Of a stretch of DNA of 64,000 nt, positions 1-9,895 are shown in pieces (within the stretch, counting starts at the first letter, position 1; every line of letters begins with the position of its first letter). The stretch spans positions 1,870 through 65,869 of the forward strand of contig CALOBK010000001.1 of assembly GCA_942491645.1 (NCBI GenBank), read 5' to 3'. The notes beneath the pieces are model-generated. The model saw only the letters and a list, made by a program, of their open reading frames with translations. It did no database searches and had not been told where the DNA came from. Origin of the DNA: an uncultured Alphaproteobacteria bacterium. Lineage in GTDB: Bacteria; Pseudomonadota; Alphaproteobacteria; Rhizobiales; Methyloligellaceae. The position numbers were made by a program, and so were the translations under genes.

Positions 1-1
1 G

Positions 2-724
2 AACGCCGAGCAGATCAATGAGGCGATCGACAAGAGCCTGCAGCGGCTCAGGACCGACTATGTGGACCTCTACCAGCTCCACTGGCCGGACCGGCCCATG
101 CGTGTTTTCGAAGGCCTTGAATACAAGCGTCTGCCAGGCGATGCCCATTCGCTTCACGAGATTTTCGAGGTGCTGGGCGAGCTCGTCAAATCCGGCAAGG
201 TGCGCTTCATCGGCCTATCCAACGAAACGCCATGGGGCACGATGACCTGCCTACGGCTTGCCGAACAGCACGGGCTGCCGCGGCCGGTCTCCATTCAAAA
301 CAGCTTCAGCCTAGTCAATCGCAGCTATGAGGTGGGCCTGTCAGAAATCACCTATGAGGAACAGGTTGGACTGCTCGGCTATTCGCCGCTCGGCCAAGGC
401 TATCTCACCGGCAAATATGAGGATGGGGCCCTTCCGCAAGGGGCCCGCAAGACCCTGTTCAACCGGCTCGGACGCTACGAGCAAGGAAACGGCCCACGTG
501 CCATTTCCGCCTATGTGGCTCTCGCCAAGAAGCAGGGCTTGGATCCGGCGCAGATGGCGATTGCCTATGCGGTGTCGCGCCCCTTCATGACGTCGGTGAT
601 CCTTGGTGCAACGACCATTGAGCAGCTCAAGACCGATATGGACGGCGCCGCGTTGACCCTGTCCGACACCGTTCTTGAGGAGATCGATCAGATCCACCTT
701 GACTACCCCAACCCTTGCCCGTGA
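2..724 (+). CDS. Aldo/keto reductase (Tas-like), 5'-truncated by window edge
   Basis: Frame is open from position 2 (NAEQINEAIDKSLQRLRTDYVDLYQLHWP). AKR motifs GKVRFIGLSNE, YSPLGQGYLTGKY and SVILGATT are present. Confidence 0.9.
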   Translation, partial: NAEQINEAIDKSLQRLRTDYVDLYQLHWPDRPMRVFEGLEYKRLPGDAHSLHEIFEVLGELVKSGKVRFIGLSNETPWGTMTCLRLAEQHGLPRPVSIQNSFSLVNRSYEVGLSEITYEEQVGLLGYSPLGQGYLTGKYEDGALPQGARKTLFNRLGRYEQGNGPRAISAYVALAKKQGLDPAQMAIAYAVSRPFMTSVILGATTIEQLKTDMDGAALTLSDTVLEEIDQIHLDYPNPCP

Positions 725-757
725 GACTCTGAGTCGAAACAACATGTTGATTCGGTT

Positions 758-1354
758 ATGCCCAGGCTCTTCACCGCAGTTGAGATTCCAAGGAGCATCG
801 CCGACCGCCTTTCGATGCTTCGCTCCGGACTTCTCGGGGCGCGCTGGATCGATCCGGAGAACTACCACCTGACCTTGCGCTTCATCGGCGACGTGGATGG
901 GGAGACGGCCCGCGACTTTACCGACGCGTTAGGCCAGGTCCTTGCCACACCCTTTGCGCTGAAACTGAACGGTCTGGGGAGTTTTGGCGGAAACAAGCCC
1001 CGAGCCATGTTCGCAGGCATCGACCCATCCCCGGAACTTGACGCGCTGCAACACGCTCATGAGGGCGCAGCCCGCATGGCCGGCCTCCCCCCCGAGAGGC
1101 GCAATTTCAAGCCACATGTGACAATCGCGCGGCTCCGCGGCGCGCGGCCCGGCGCCGTCGCCGCCTATCTTCAAAATAGCGGGCTTATCGCCGATAGCTT
1201 CACCGTGACGCGCTTCGTTCTCTATGCGTCGCGAAATTCGGTCGGCGGCGGGCCCTATGTCGTCGAGGCCGCCTACGACTTGGACGACGAAGAGCCCGAC
1301 TATCTTGGCAGTTACGATTTCGACCAGAGCGCAGAATACCGCCTCGACCCCTAG
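758..1354 (+). CDS. thpR: RNA 2',3'-cyclic phosphodiesterase (2H phosphoesterase, 2'-5' RNA ligase family)
   Basis: MPRLFTA start and two HxT motifs (HLTLRFIG, FKPHVTIAR). Confidence 0.9.
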   Translation: MPRLFTAVEIPRSIADRLSMLRSGLLGARWIDPENYHLTLRFIGDVDGETARDFTDALGQVLATPFALKLNGLGSFGGNKPRAMFAGIDPSPELDALQHAHEGAARMAGLPPERRNFKPHVTIARLRGARPGAVAAYLQNSGLIADSFTVTRFVLYASRNSVGGGPYVVEAAYDLDDEEPDYLGSYDFDQSAEYRLDP

Positions 1355-1872
1355 CGGTTTTCAGCCTCTTTTTCAGGCTCTTGGCGTTCACGCGCCAGTT
1401 CCGCGAGTAGCCCTTTCGCCGCCGCCTCAATCAGGTCGAGGGCGTGGTCGAAACCCGCCGGACCACCGTAATAGGGGTCGGGCACGTCTTCCTCGCCAAG
1501 CTGCGGTGCATAGTCGAGAAAGCGCCGGATCTTGTGCCGCGCGTCCATCGGCGCGATCTCATACATATCCGCGATATTCGAGCCGTCCATGGCGAGGATA
1601 AGATCGAACGCCTCGAAGTCCTCAAGTTCGACCTTGCGCGCGGACTGTCCGGAAATATCGGCGCCTCTCGCCAGCGCCGCTTTTTGCGCGCGATGATCGG
1701 GCGCCTCGCCCTTGTGCCAGTCTCCCATCCCGGCCGAGTCGATCTCGAAGAGATGGAGCTGTCCCGCATCCTCGGCCACACGCCGGAAGACGCCCTCGGC
1801 CATTGGCGAGCGGCAGATATTTCCAAGACAGGCAAAGAGAATTCGGTGTTTGGCAGTCGCGTCCTCGGTCAT
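1351..1872 (-). CDS. Low-molecular-weight protein tyrosine phosphatase
   Basis: P-loop CLGNICRS and VPDPYYGG; start chosen at MTEDAT. Confidence 0.9.
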   Translation of the reverse strand: MTEDATAKHRILFACLGNICRSPMAEGVFRRVAEDAGQLHLFEIDSAGMGDWHKGEAPDHRAQKAALARGADISGQSARKVELEDFEAFDLILAMDGSNIADMYEIAPMDARHKIRRFLDYAPQLGEEDVPDPYYGGPAGFDHALDLIEAAAKGLLAELARERQEPEKEAENR

Positions 1873-1920
1873 GGGGGTCCATGCCATGGGGGCCAACGGT
1901 GCGCAAGCCCGCGGCCCCTC

Positions 1921-1974
1921 AAGACCTCGCAGTACCTTGTAAAACCTTGTAAAACCTTGCGAAACCTTGCGAAA
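1921..1974. repeat. Degenerate 10-bp tandem repeat (about 5 copies, core ACCTTGY)
   Basis: aagacctcgc/agtaccttgt/aaaaccttgt/aaaaccttgc/gaaaccttgc/gaaa read directly. Confidence 0.85.
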
Positions 1975-2106
1975 GGAGCCCGCCGGTCTCATATCTAAAG
2001 GGAGCTATGTCCCTGAAAGACAATCGATGAGGTGCTGAACAATGACCACATTTGAAGACGCGGCGGGTCTGCGTGAGGCAGCCATGGGTGGGGCGTGAGT
2101 GGAGAC

Positions 2107-2466
2107 ATGGGCCAGGAAATTTCGGTGGACACGCTTTCAGAACGCGAGGAGACGGTTAGGCGTGACTTCTGGGCAAAACTCAAACGCGTCGCCGGGCATG
2201 TTCCTTTCGTCGAGGATCTTGTCGCGGCCTATTATTGCGCGATGGACCCTGCAACGCCCATCCGCGTGCGCGGCATGCTGCTCGCAGCACTCGCCTACTT
2301 CATCATGCCGTTGGACATCATTCCCGACATCGTCTTGGGGCTTGGCTTCGCCGACGACATGGCGCTTCTAACGGCCGTTATTGGCCTTGTGTCGGCCAGC
2401 ATCAAACCGGTCCACCGCGCGGCCGCGGCGCGGGCCCTCGATAAGGCACTTCCCGAACAAGACTAG
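2107..2466 (+). CDS. YkvA / DUF1232 family membrane protein
   Basis: AYYCAMDPATP, ALAYFIMPLDIIPD and GLGFADD signature; GGAG before the ATG. Confidence 0.85.
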   Translation: MGQEISVDTLSEREETVRRDFWAKLKRVAGHVPFVEDLVAAYYCAMDPATPIRVRGMLLAALAYFIMPLDIIPDIVLGLGFADDMALLTAVIGLVSASIKPVHRAAAARALDKALPEQD

Positions 2467-2490
2467 GGCGGCCCAAGCGGGCGTCACCTG

Positions 2491-3471
2491 CTATTCCTGC
2501 GGGCGCACGATCACCTTGCCGTTGGCCTTGCGTCCGACGATCAGCTTGAGCGCCTCTGGTGTCTCGGCAAGCGGATAGGCCCCATGGATGTGGGGCACGA
2601 GCTTGCCCTCTTTGCACCAATCGAGAACCTGCATCGTATTGGCGCGATGCGCCTCCGGCTCCCGGTCGGCGAAGGATGTCCAAAACACGCCAAGAACATC
2701 GCATCCCTTGAGCAGAACGAGATTGAGCGGAATACGCGGGATTTCGCCTGATGCGAATCCGATAACAAGATAGCGGCCCCTCCACCCCAGAGCACGAAGG
2801 CCCGGCTCCGCCGAGTCGCCCCCAACACAGTCATACAGAACGTCCAGGCCATGGGGCGCGGTGCGCCGCTTCAGCGTCGTTTTCAGCTCGTCCTTAGTGT
2901 AGTCGATGCCTTCATCCGCGCCATGGCGCATGGCAAGCGCGATCTTGTCATCGGATGAGGCAACGGCAATGACGCGCGCGCCCATGAGCTTAGAAATTTC
3001 GACAGCCGCCAACCCGGCGCCGCCCGCCGCCCCCAGGACCGCGACGCTCTCACCCGGTTGCAAATTCGCCCGATCCTTGAAGCCATGGATCGCCGTGCCA
3101 TAAGTGATCGAAACCCCAGCCGCCACGTTGTCGTCAACGCCGTCGGGAATGGGAATGACACGCTTTGCAGTGGTCACAACCTGTTCGCGGCAGCCATTGC
3201 CTCCGATAAAGGCCATGACCCGCTGGCCCACTTCGAATTCGGCGACCCCCTCGCCGAGAGCCTCCACAACGCCGGCGATCTCCCCGCCTGGCGAAAATGG
3301 CAGTGGCGGCGTGAACTGGTATTTGTCCCGCAGAATCAGCGTATCGAAAAAGTTCAAACCGACTGCTGTGACCTTGATGAGAACCTCGCCGGCCGCAGGG
3401 TTTGGCGCGGGCTCTTCCTCAAGACCCAAGGCGTCAATCCCGCCAAACTCCCTGAACTGCATGACGCGCAT
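2491..3471 (-). CDS. NADPH:quinone oxidoreductase (MDR superfamily)
   Basis: PFSPGGEIAG, GAAGGAG nucleotide-binding motif, GKVIV C-terminus. Confidence 0.9.
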   Translation of the reverse strand: MRVMQFREFGGIDALGLEEEPAPNPAAGEVLIKVTAVGLNFFDTLILRDKYQFTPPLPFSPGGEIAGVVEALGEGVAEFEVGQRVMAFIGGNGCREQVVTTAKRVIPIPDGVDDNVAAGVSITYGTAIHGFKDRANLQPGESVAVLGAAGGAGLAAVEISKLMGARVIAVASSDDKIALAMRHGADEGIDYTKDELKTTLKRRTAPHGLDVLYDCVGGDSAEPGLRALGWRGRYLVIGFASGEIPRIPLNLVLLKGCDVLGVFWTSFADREPEAHRANTMQVLDWCKEGKLVPHIHGAYPLAETPEALKLIVGRKANGKVIVRPQE

Positions 3472-3653
3472 TTGTTGGTTCCCGGTAACTTGTGCGAACC
3501 GTTGAGGGCCGCTTGGGCTCGGACGCTATCGTAAGCCGCATGGTTTCTGTCGCGTGACTTTTTGACCCTAGAGCCGTGTGAGAACAAGCCCGCGTTGCAC
3601 GCCGAACTGATATCCGGCTTTTGTCAACTCACCCATTGTGGCAAATATGACGC

Positions 3654-4205
3654 GTGAAACCGCATCATCGATCCATACGCGGCTATTTTGGTATTGGCGC
3701 CGAAAGCATCTCCAAATCGATCAATCTTGGAGGTCTGCTGCGCTCCGCCAATGCCTTCGGCGCCAATTTCGCCTTCACACTGGGTGCGGACGACCGGGCC
3801 TTTGAGATGCGCTCGGACACATCGAAGGCCGACAATCATCTGCCCGTCTATCATTGGCACGACGTGGGCGAGATGCAGCTTCCCAACGCTTGCAGCTTGG
3901 TGGGCATCGAAATTCTCGACAGTGCTGCGGACTTGCCGAGTTTTCCCCATCCTTTGCGGTGTGCCTATGTGCTCGGCCCGGAACGCGGCGCCTTAAGCCC
4001 GTCTGTGATGGCGCGCTGCCAGCATCTGATTCGGATTCCGACAAATTTCTCGCTGAATGTTGCAACGGCAGGAGCCATCGTCATGTATGACCGGCTGCGC
4101 GCGCTCGGACGCTTCCCCGCGCGCCCCGTGAGCGAGGCGGCCGAGGCAGTGGAACTTGCACCCCATATCCAGGGTAAACCAAAACGGCGGCGGCGCCAGG
4201 GTTGA
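3654..4205 (+). CDS. SpoU/TrmH family RNA methyltransferase
   Basis: NLGGLLRSANAFG, YVLGPERG and SLNVATAGAIVMYDR SPOUT motifs; start uncertain. Confidence 0.85.
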   Translation: MKPHHRSIRGYFGIGAESISKSINLGGLLRSANAFGANFAFTLGADDRAFEMRSDTSKADNHLPVYHWHDVGEMQLPNACSLVGIEILDSAADLPSFPHPLRCAYVLGPERGALSPSVMARCQHLIRIPTNFSLNVATAGAIVMYDRLRALGRFPARPVSEAAEAVELAPHIQGKPKRRRRQG

Positions 4206-4278
4206 CCTCAGCCCCCGAACTAGGGAAGACTGCACCTCATTCATGCGTTGGATCTGCTCACGACACGGGGACGGGGAG

Positions 4279-4791
4279 ATGCGCCGAGCCGTTGTAGCGG
4301 CTTGCGTGATACTGGCATTGAGCGCAACGCCAGCCTTCACGCAAGAGGTCAAGCTTTTGCAAAAGTATAACGACTGGGCCGCCTATGTTTCGCAAGGCAG
4401 CCCAAAGGTTTGCTTTGCGGTGTCACAACCACGAAGCTCCTTGCCGAAGAACGTGCGCCGTGGACCGATCTATTTCTATGTGTCGGACTATCCTGGCGAC
4501 AAAGTCTCCGGCGAGATCAGCGTCAAGATGGGCTACCCCTTTCCGCCTGGCGGCAAGGTCACGATGACAATCGGCAAAGACAAGTTCGAACTCTTCACCA
4601 AGGATGAGGGCGCCTTCGTCGAAAAGCCCGAGGACGAGGCCAAAATCCTCGAAGCCTTGAAGGTCGGAAGCTCCATGAAGGTGCAAGGCCGCTCTGCCCG
4701 TGGCACAAACACGACCGACAATTACTCCTTGAGTGGCACCTCCGGCGCGCTCGAACGGATCACCAAGGAGTGCACGGCGGAGGCTGGGTAA
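4279..4791 (+). CDS. Invasion-associated locus B (IalB)-like secreted protein
   Basis: Signal peptide MRRAVVAACVILALSATPAFT; DW...VCFA, GTNTTDNYSLSG and terminal Cys; sits upstream of rlmN as in Rhizobiales. Confidence 0.75.
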   Translation: MRRAVVAACVILALSATPAFTQEVKLLQKYNDWAAYVSQGSPKVCFAVSQPRSSLPKNVRRGPIYFYVSDYPGDKVSGEISVKMGYPFPPGGKVTMTIGKDKFELFTKDEGAFVEKPEDEAKILEALKVGSSMKVQGRSARGTNTTDNYSLSGTSGALERITKECTAEAG

Positions 4792-4861
4792 GGTACCCAC
4801 CCCGCTTAAGCCTGACCGCGCGCCCTTGGCATTTGCGGCTCGCCTCATGATATGAGGTGCC

Positions 4862-6043
4862 ATGACAACGACTACGCTCATCAAAGAAGTGGCGACGCCG
4901 GTCGCACCCGAACAGGTGCAGAAAGAGTCGCTCGTGGGGCTTGCCCGCGATGCGCTTGCCGACCAGCTTAGCAAGGCTGGCGTTCCGGAGCGGCAATTGC
5001 GCATGCGCGTCGGCCAGCTCTGGGGCTGGATGTATGTGCGCGGGGCGACCTCCTTCGACATCATGAGCGACATTGCGAAGGATCTGCGCGAACAACTTGA
5101 GGCGCAGTTCACTTTGTCGCGCCCCCTCATTGTGACCGAACAGGTTTCCGTGGACGGCACCCGCAAATGGCTGCTGCGCCTCGCCGACGGCAAGGACGTG
5201 GAGACGGTCTATATCCCGGAAGAAGACCGGGGCACGCTGTGCATCTCGAGCCAGGTAGGCTGCACGCTCAATTGCAGCTTTTGTCATACGGGCACGCAAG
5301 CCCTTGTGCGGAACCTCACTGCTGGCGAGATCGTGGGGCAGATCCTGCTCGCCCGGGACCGGATCGGCGATTGGCCGGGCGCAACCCCTGAGGACCCGAC
5401 GGGCCTCCCGAGCGGCGAGCGCAAGATCACCAATGTGGTGCTCATGGGCATGGGCGAGCCGCTCTACAATTTTGACAATGTGCGCGATGCCTGCGCGATC
5501 GCGGCCGACGGAGAGGGCCTGTCGATCTCGAAGCGGCGCATTACGCTGTCTACCTCAGGGATTGTCCCGGAGATTCCGCGCTGGGGCGAGGAGGCGGGCA
5601 CCATGCTCGCCATTTCGCTGCATGCGGTGCGCGATGGCTTGCGCGATGAGCTGGTGCCCATCAACAAGAAATGGCCGATTGCTGACTTGCTTGCAGCGTG
5701 CCGCGCCTATCCCGGCCTGTCGAATGCCAAACGCATCACGTTCGAATATGTGATGCTGAAAGGCGTCAACGACTCCATCGCTGATGCCAAGGCGCTTGTG
5801 CGCCTCCTCGCCAAGATCCCGGCGAAGATCAATCTCATCCCCTTCAACCCCTGGCCCGGCGCCCCATATGAATGCTCGGATTGGGACCAGATCGAAAGGT
5901 TCGCGGAGGTCGTGAACCGCGCGGGCTATGCAAGCCCCGTCCGCAGCCCAAGAGGCCGCGACATCATGGCCGCCTGCGGGCAGCTCAAGAGCGCGAGTCT
6001 GAAACAGCGCGCCTCGCAGCGGCAGAGCGGTGTGACCGCTTGA
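4862..6043 (+). CDS. rlmN: 23S rRNA m2A2503 / tRNA m2A37 methyltransferase RlmN
   Basis: [18 protein letters not shown] radical-SAM motif, MGMGEP, AACGQL. Confidence 0.97.
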   Translation: MTTTTLIKEVATPVAPEQVQKESLVGLARDALADQLSKAGVPERQLRMRVGQLWGWMYVRGATSFDIMSDIAKDLREQLEAQFTLSRPLIVTEQVSVDGTRKWLLRLADGKDVETVYIPEEDRGTLCISSQVGCTLNCSFCHTGTQALVRNLTAGEIVGQILLARDRIGDWPGATPEDPTGLPSGERKITNVVLMGMGEPLYNFDNVRDACAIAADGEGLSISKRRITLSTSGIVPEIPRWGEEAGTMLAISLHAVRDGLRDELVPINKKWPIADLLAACRAYPGLSNAKRITFEYVMLKGVNDSIADAKALVRLLAKIPAKINLIPFNPWPGAPYECSDWDQIERFAEVVNRAGYASPVRSPRGRDIMAACGQLKSASLKQRASQRQSGVTA

Positions 6044-6650
6044 GCGATCTGCACGCGCTGCCCTTCGCCCAGGCGAGTGCCATCTCCAGCCGATCATTCC
6101 CCCAGAACAGTTCATCCCCAACGGTGAAGGACGGCGCACCAAAAAGGCCGCGGGTCTTGGCCTCGGCGGTTTGGGTCCGCAAAGCCGCCTTGATGTCGGG
6201 ACTGCTCGCGGCAGCCATGGCTGCATCAGCATCGACGCCCAATCCATCGAGGATGGAGCGCAAGCTGGCCTCGTCTGAGATATCCCTCTGCTCGGCGTAG
6301 TTGGCGGCAAAAACGGCGCAGGTGAAGCCCGGGGTCCAGCCGTCCTTTTGGCCGACAAGCGCCAGCCGCGCTGCAGTCACGCCGTTTTGCGGAAAGCGCA
6401 CGGGCGGCAGCCTCAAAGGCAGCCCATCGGCCTCACAAATCCGTTCAAGGTCGCGCCACATATAGCGCCCCTTTGCCGCAAAGATATTGAAGGGCGAGTC
6501 GGTCCAGCCGAACTCCTTGAAGATCGGTCCGAGAAGAAACGGCCGCCATTTCACCCGAACGCCCGCCGCCTCGGCCAGGGGTCCGATCCGCATGGCGTTC
6601 GGGTAGGAATAGGTACTGGCGAATTCATACCAGAATTCAACATCCATCAT
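5985..6650 (-). CDS. 2-hydroxychromene-2-carboxylate isomerase / DsbA-like (GST-kappa) protein
   Basis: [20 protein letters not shown] and [18 protein letters not shown]. Confidence 0.85.
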   Translation of the reverse strand: MMDVEFWYEFASTYSYPNAMRIGPLAEAAGVRVKWRPFLLGPIFKEFGWTDSPFNIFAAKGRYMWRDLERICEADGLPLRLPPVRFPQNGVTAARLALVGQKDGWTPGFTCAVFAANYAEQRDISDEASLRSILDGLGVDADAAMAAASSPDIKAALRTQTAEAKTRGLFGAPSFTVGDELFWGNDRLEMALAWAKGSACRSLKRSHRSAAARRAVSDSRS

Positions 6651-6780
6651 TCGTTGCGTCCCCACATCACCGCCCATCCCCTATAGTCCGGCGCAGAGCG
6701 TGCGTCACTACCAGGGCGAAAGATCAGGGCGTGTGGATTTTGGGTCAGCGAAGATTGGGCGAGACATTGTTAAGCAAGAC

Positions 6781-7224
6781 ATGATTGGACGTTTGATCTG
6801 GCGCGGCATTGTCATTGCCGCCGCATTCTGCATTGCGATCGGCACGGGCCTTGCCGTGCTTTTCGCCCTTGGCGCGCTGTGGGTCGGCGATGAGCTGCAA
6901 GCGGTTGCGCCACACGACCCCTTGCTCCGTCATGGCGGCGCCATGGCTGTGGGCGCTGCCCTCTTCACAGGCACTGTCTTACCGGCTCTGACAGCGCTGC
7001 CTGCTTTTGCTGTGGCCATCGCCGGGGAGCTTCTACATTTGAGATCGTGGATGTATTACGTGCTTGGGGGTGGCGCCGCGATGACGGCAATCCCGCTTCT
7101 GGCTGCCGCCTCCCTCGAAGACAATGCCGCCGCGCTTCCCGCCAGCGAGTATATGACGATCTTCGCGACGGCCGGGTTTGCGGGCGGGCTTATCTATTGG
7201 CTTCTGGCAGGGCGCGGAGCTTGA
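6781..7224 (+). CDS. Hypothetical multi-pass membrane protein
   Basis: About four hydrophobic segments; ends GFAGGLIYWLLAGR. Confidence 0.7.
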   Translation: MIGRLIWRGIVIAAAFCIAIGTGLAVLFALGALWVGDELQAVAPHDPLLRHGGAMAVGAALFTGTVLPALTALPAFAVAIAGELLHLRSWMYYVLGGGAAMTAIPLLAAASLEDNAAALPASEYMTIFATAGFAGGLIYWLLAGRGA

Positions 7225-7435
7225 CGCGCAGGCGCATTTGCTCGTGCTCCACGGCGACCAGCCAGGGCTCCGGGTGATAGTGCGTCACGGTCTTGTGCCA
7301 GGCATCGGATGCACGGCAACGACCCCGTTGCCGCCATGCGAACCCAAGTCGGTCTGCTGTGAGGGCAGCGGCGTCCCTTTTGCTCTCATCGTTCGTCTCG
7401 AGCGAAGGCATGTTGCAAGTCTTGGGCGAAGTCAT
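7190..7435 (-). CDS. Small hypothetical protein (81 aa), possibly eroded
   Basis: GAGGAG 7 nt upstream of the ATG; GC3-rich codons in the 3' half. Confidence 0.4.
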   Translation of the reverse strand: MTSPKTCNMPSLETNDESKRDAAALTADRLGFAWRQRGRCRASDAWHKTVTHYHPEPWLVAVEHEQMRLRVKLRALPEANR

Positions 7436-7675
7436 CTGCGAACTCCTCAACTGTCCTATAGAGCCAACACATCTTTGCGGGCAGTGGTTCCCACTGTGGT
7501 GCGAAGATCATAAAGCCGTCATCTGGCATCGGTCCCTCGAAGGCCTATGCCGATGTTGGCAAGCTCTGACGGGTGCGCCATAAAGCCCCCGATTGGCTTG
7601 TCGAGAACCGCCCTTTGCGAATCCTCGCGGACGGCCATGACATCGTTTCTGGCTTGAATGTCTTAGGGGATCGAA

Positions 7676-8500
7676 TTGGCGCGGCGCTGGCTGCTCGCAA
7701 CTCTCGCTCTTGGCCTGGTCTTCGGGGTGGTGTTCGCCATCTATCCGGTGCTCGACCTTATGGCCGCGGCCCTCTTTTTCGATGGCGATACATCCAGATT
7801 TCCCATCTCCAGGGACGCGGGCTGGAACACCGTCCGAGACCTCGCCTATTTTGTGCCCTATCTGCTGATTGCCCCGTCCCTTTTCGTTCTCATCCGCAAA
7901 CTCATTTTCCCCCGCACCAAGATGGCCATCGCCTCGTCCGTGGTGCTGTTCTTGATCGGCTCCTTCATCGCGGGCCCAGGGGTCCTGAGCAACCTCATTT
8001 TGAAGGACAATTGGGGGCGCCCACGTCCCATCCAGGTGGAGGAGTTCGGAGGCAAAGCGGACTTCGTGCCCTGGTGGCTCCCCGGTGGGGCGTGCGAGCG
8101 AAACTGCTCTTTTGTGTCCGGCGAGGGGAGCCTGGCCTTCTGGACCGTGGCGCCGGCCATGCTGGCCCCACCTCAATTCCGGCCTCTCGCCATGGGGGGC
8201 GCTGTCCTGTTCGGTGCATCCGTTGGCGGGCTCCGCATCGCATTCGGGCGGCACTTTCTGAGCGATGTCCTGTTCTCCGGCATCTTCACCATCGCCGTGG
8301 CGTTGCTCTTCTACTATCTGCTCTTGTTGCCTGCCCGGCGCAACGACGCGCGGACCGAGGCGGTCATTGAGCGGGTCGCGTTCGCAATCCACGGGTCCGT
8401 TGCCGTCGTGCTGGCAGGCATTGGGACGGGGCTAACTTACGTTGGCACCACGCTTCGCAACGCGGGCCAGGCCTTGCGGCGGCGCCCTCCACCCGACTAG
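7676..8500 (+). CDS. PAP2-family membrane phosphatase (lipid A 4'-phosphatase LpxF-like)
   Basis: KDNWGRPRP, SFVSGE and RIAFGRHFLSDV motifs with multiple TM segments. Confidence 0.8.
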   Translation: MARRWLLATLALGLVFGVVFAIYPVLDLMAAALFFDGDTSRFPISRDAGWNTVRDLAYFVPYLLIAPSLFVLIRKLIFPRTKMAIASSVVLFLIGSFIAGPGVLSNLILKDNWGRPRPIQVEEFGGKADFVPWWLPGGACERNCSFVSGEGSLAFWTVAPAMLAPPQFRPLAMGGAVLFGASVGGLRIAFGRHFLSDVLFSGIFTIAVALLFYYLLLLPARRNDARTEAVIERVAFAIHGSVAVVLAGIGTGLTYVGTTLRNAGQALRRRPPPD

Positions 8501-8681
8501 CCGCACCCGTCCGCTCGCCTTACGCTCGGGTGCGCCTAAGGCCGGTTGTGGTTGCGGCGCGCCCAGCCTTTATCGGCCGCTCTGTTGGCTGCAAGCCCAC
8601 TTGCACATGCGGCGCCTGCGCCTATAGTCCCGGCCAAATCCACATCGCGAAGACCGCGCGCTCCGTTCCAGGACAAAAAGA

Positions 8682-9890
8682 ATGACCGACATCAAGAAGG
8701 TCGTACTCGCCTATTCCGGCGGCCTCGACACCTCCATCATCCTCAAATGGCTTCAGGAGACGTACGCCTGCGAGGTCGTAACCTTCACCGCCGATCTCGG
8801 TCAGGGTGAGGAGTTGGAGCCGGCGCGCAAGAAAGCCGAGATGCTCGGCATCAAGGAAATCTTCGTCGAGGACCTGCGCGAGGAATTCGTGCGCGACTAT
8901 GTCTTCCCAATGTTCCGCGCCAACGCGCTCTATGAAGGCGTCTATCTGCTCGGCACCTCCATCGCGCGGCCCTTGATCGCCAAACGTCAGATCGAGATCG
9001 CCCGCGAAACCGGTGCGGACGCCGTCTGTCACGGGGCAACGGGCAAGGGGAACGATCAGGTCCGCTTCGAACTCGGCTACTACGCGCTCAATCCAGACAT
9101 CAAGGTGATCGCACCCTGGCGCGAATGGGAGTTCACATCGCGCTCGGACCTCATTGCCTTCGCCGAGAAGCATCAGATTCCCGTTACCAAGGACAAGCGC
9201 GGCGAGGCGCCGTTCTCGGTCGATGCCAACCTTCTGCACTCTTCCTCCGAAGGAAAAGTGCTGGAGGACCCGGGCACCGAGCCGCCTTCTTACGTGTTTC
9301 AACGCACTGTGGCACCGGAAGATGCGCCCGATACGCCAACGATCGTCACAATCGGTTTTGAGCAGGGCGATCCCGTCTCGATCGACGGCAAGGCCCTGTC
9401 GCCCGCAAGTCTTCTGACCAAGCTCAATGAGCTCGGGCATGACAATGGGATCGGGCGGGTCGATCTGGTCGAAAATCGTTTCGTCGGCATGAAGTCGCGC
9501 GGCATCTATGAAACGCCGGGCGGTACGATCCTTCTGGCCGCACACCGCGCGATCGAGTCACTCACCCTGGACCGCGAGGCCATGCATCTCAAGGATCAGT
9601 TGATGCCGCGCTATGCGGAGCTCGTCTATTATGGGTTCTGGTTCGCACCGGAACGTGAAATGCTGCAGGCCCTGGTTGACAAGAGCCAGGACCATGTCGA
9701 GGGCGAAGTGACCCTCAAGCTCTATAAGGGCAACGTCATCGTCATCGGTCGCAAAAGCGATAAATCGCTCTATTCGAGCAAGATCGTGACGTTCGAGGAC
9801 GACGAAGGTGCCTACGACCAGAAGGACGCAGAAGGCTTCATCAAGCTGAACGCACTGCGCTTGCGGACGCTCGGCAAACTGCGAGGTTAA
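8682..9890 (+). CDS. argG: Argininosuccinate synthase
   Basis: [37 protein letters not shown]. Confidence 0.98.
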   Translation: MTDIKKVVLAYSGGLDTSIILKWLQETYACEVVTFTADLGQGEELEPARKKAEMLGIKEIFVEDLREEFVRDYVFPMFRANALYEGVYLLGTSIARPLIAKRQIEIARETGADAVCHGATGKGNDQVRFELGYYALNPDIKVIAPWREWEFTSRSDLIAFAEKHQIPVTKDKRGEAPFSVDANLLHSSSEGKVLEDPGTEPPSYVFQRTVAPEDAPDTPTIVTIGFEQGDPVSIDGKALSPASLLTKLNELGHDNGIGRVDLVENRFVGMKSRGIYETPGGTILLAAHRAIESLTLDREAMHLKDQLMPRYAELVYYGFWFAPEREMLQALVDKSQDHVEGEVTLKLYKGNVIVIGRKSDKSLYSSKIVTFEDDEGAYDQKDAEGFIKLNALRLRTLGKLRG

Positions 9891-9895
9891 CAATT

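Noticed and set aside
3675-3677. ATA where homologues seem to begin MRGYFG
   Set aside because: An in-frame GTG 21 nt upstream provides an ordinary start.
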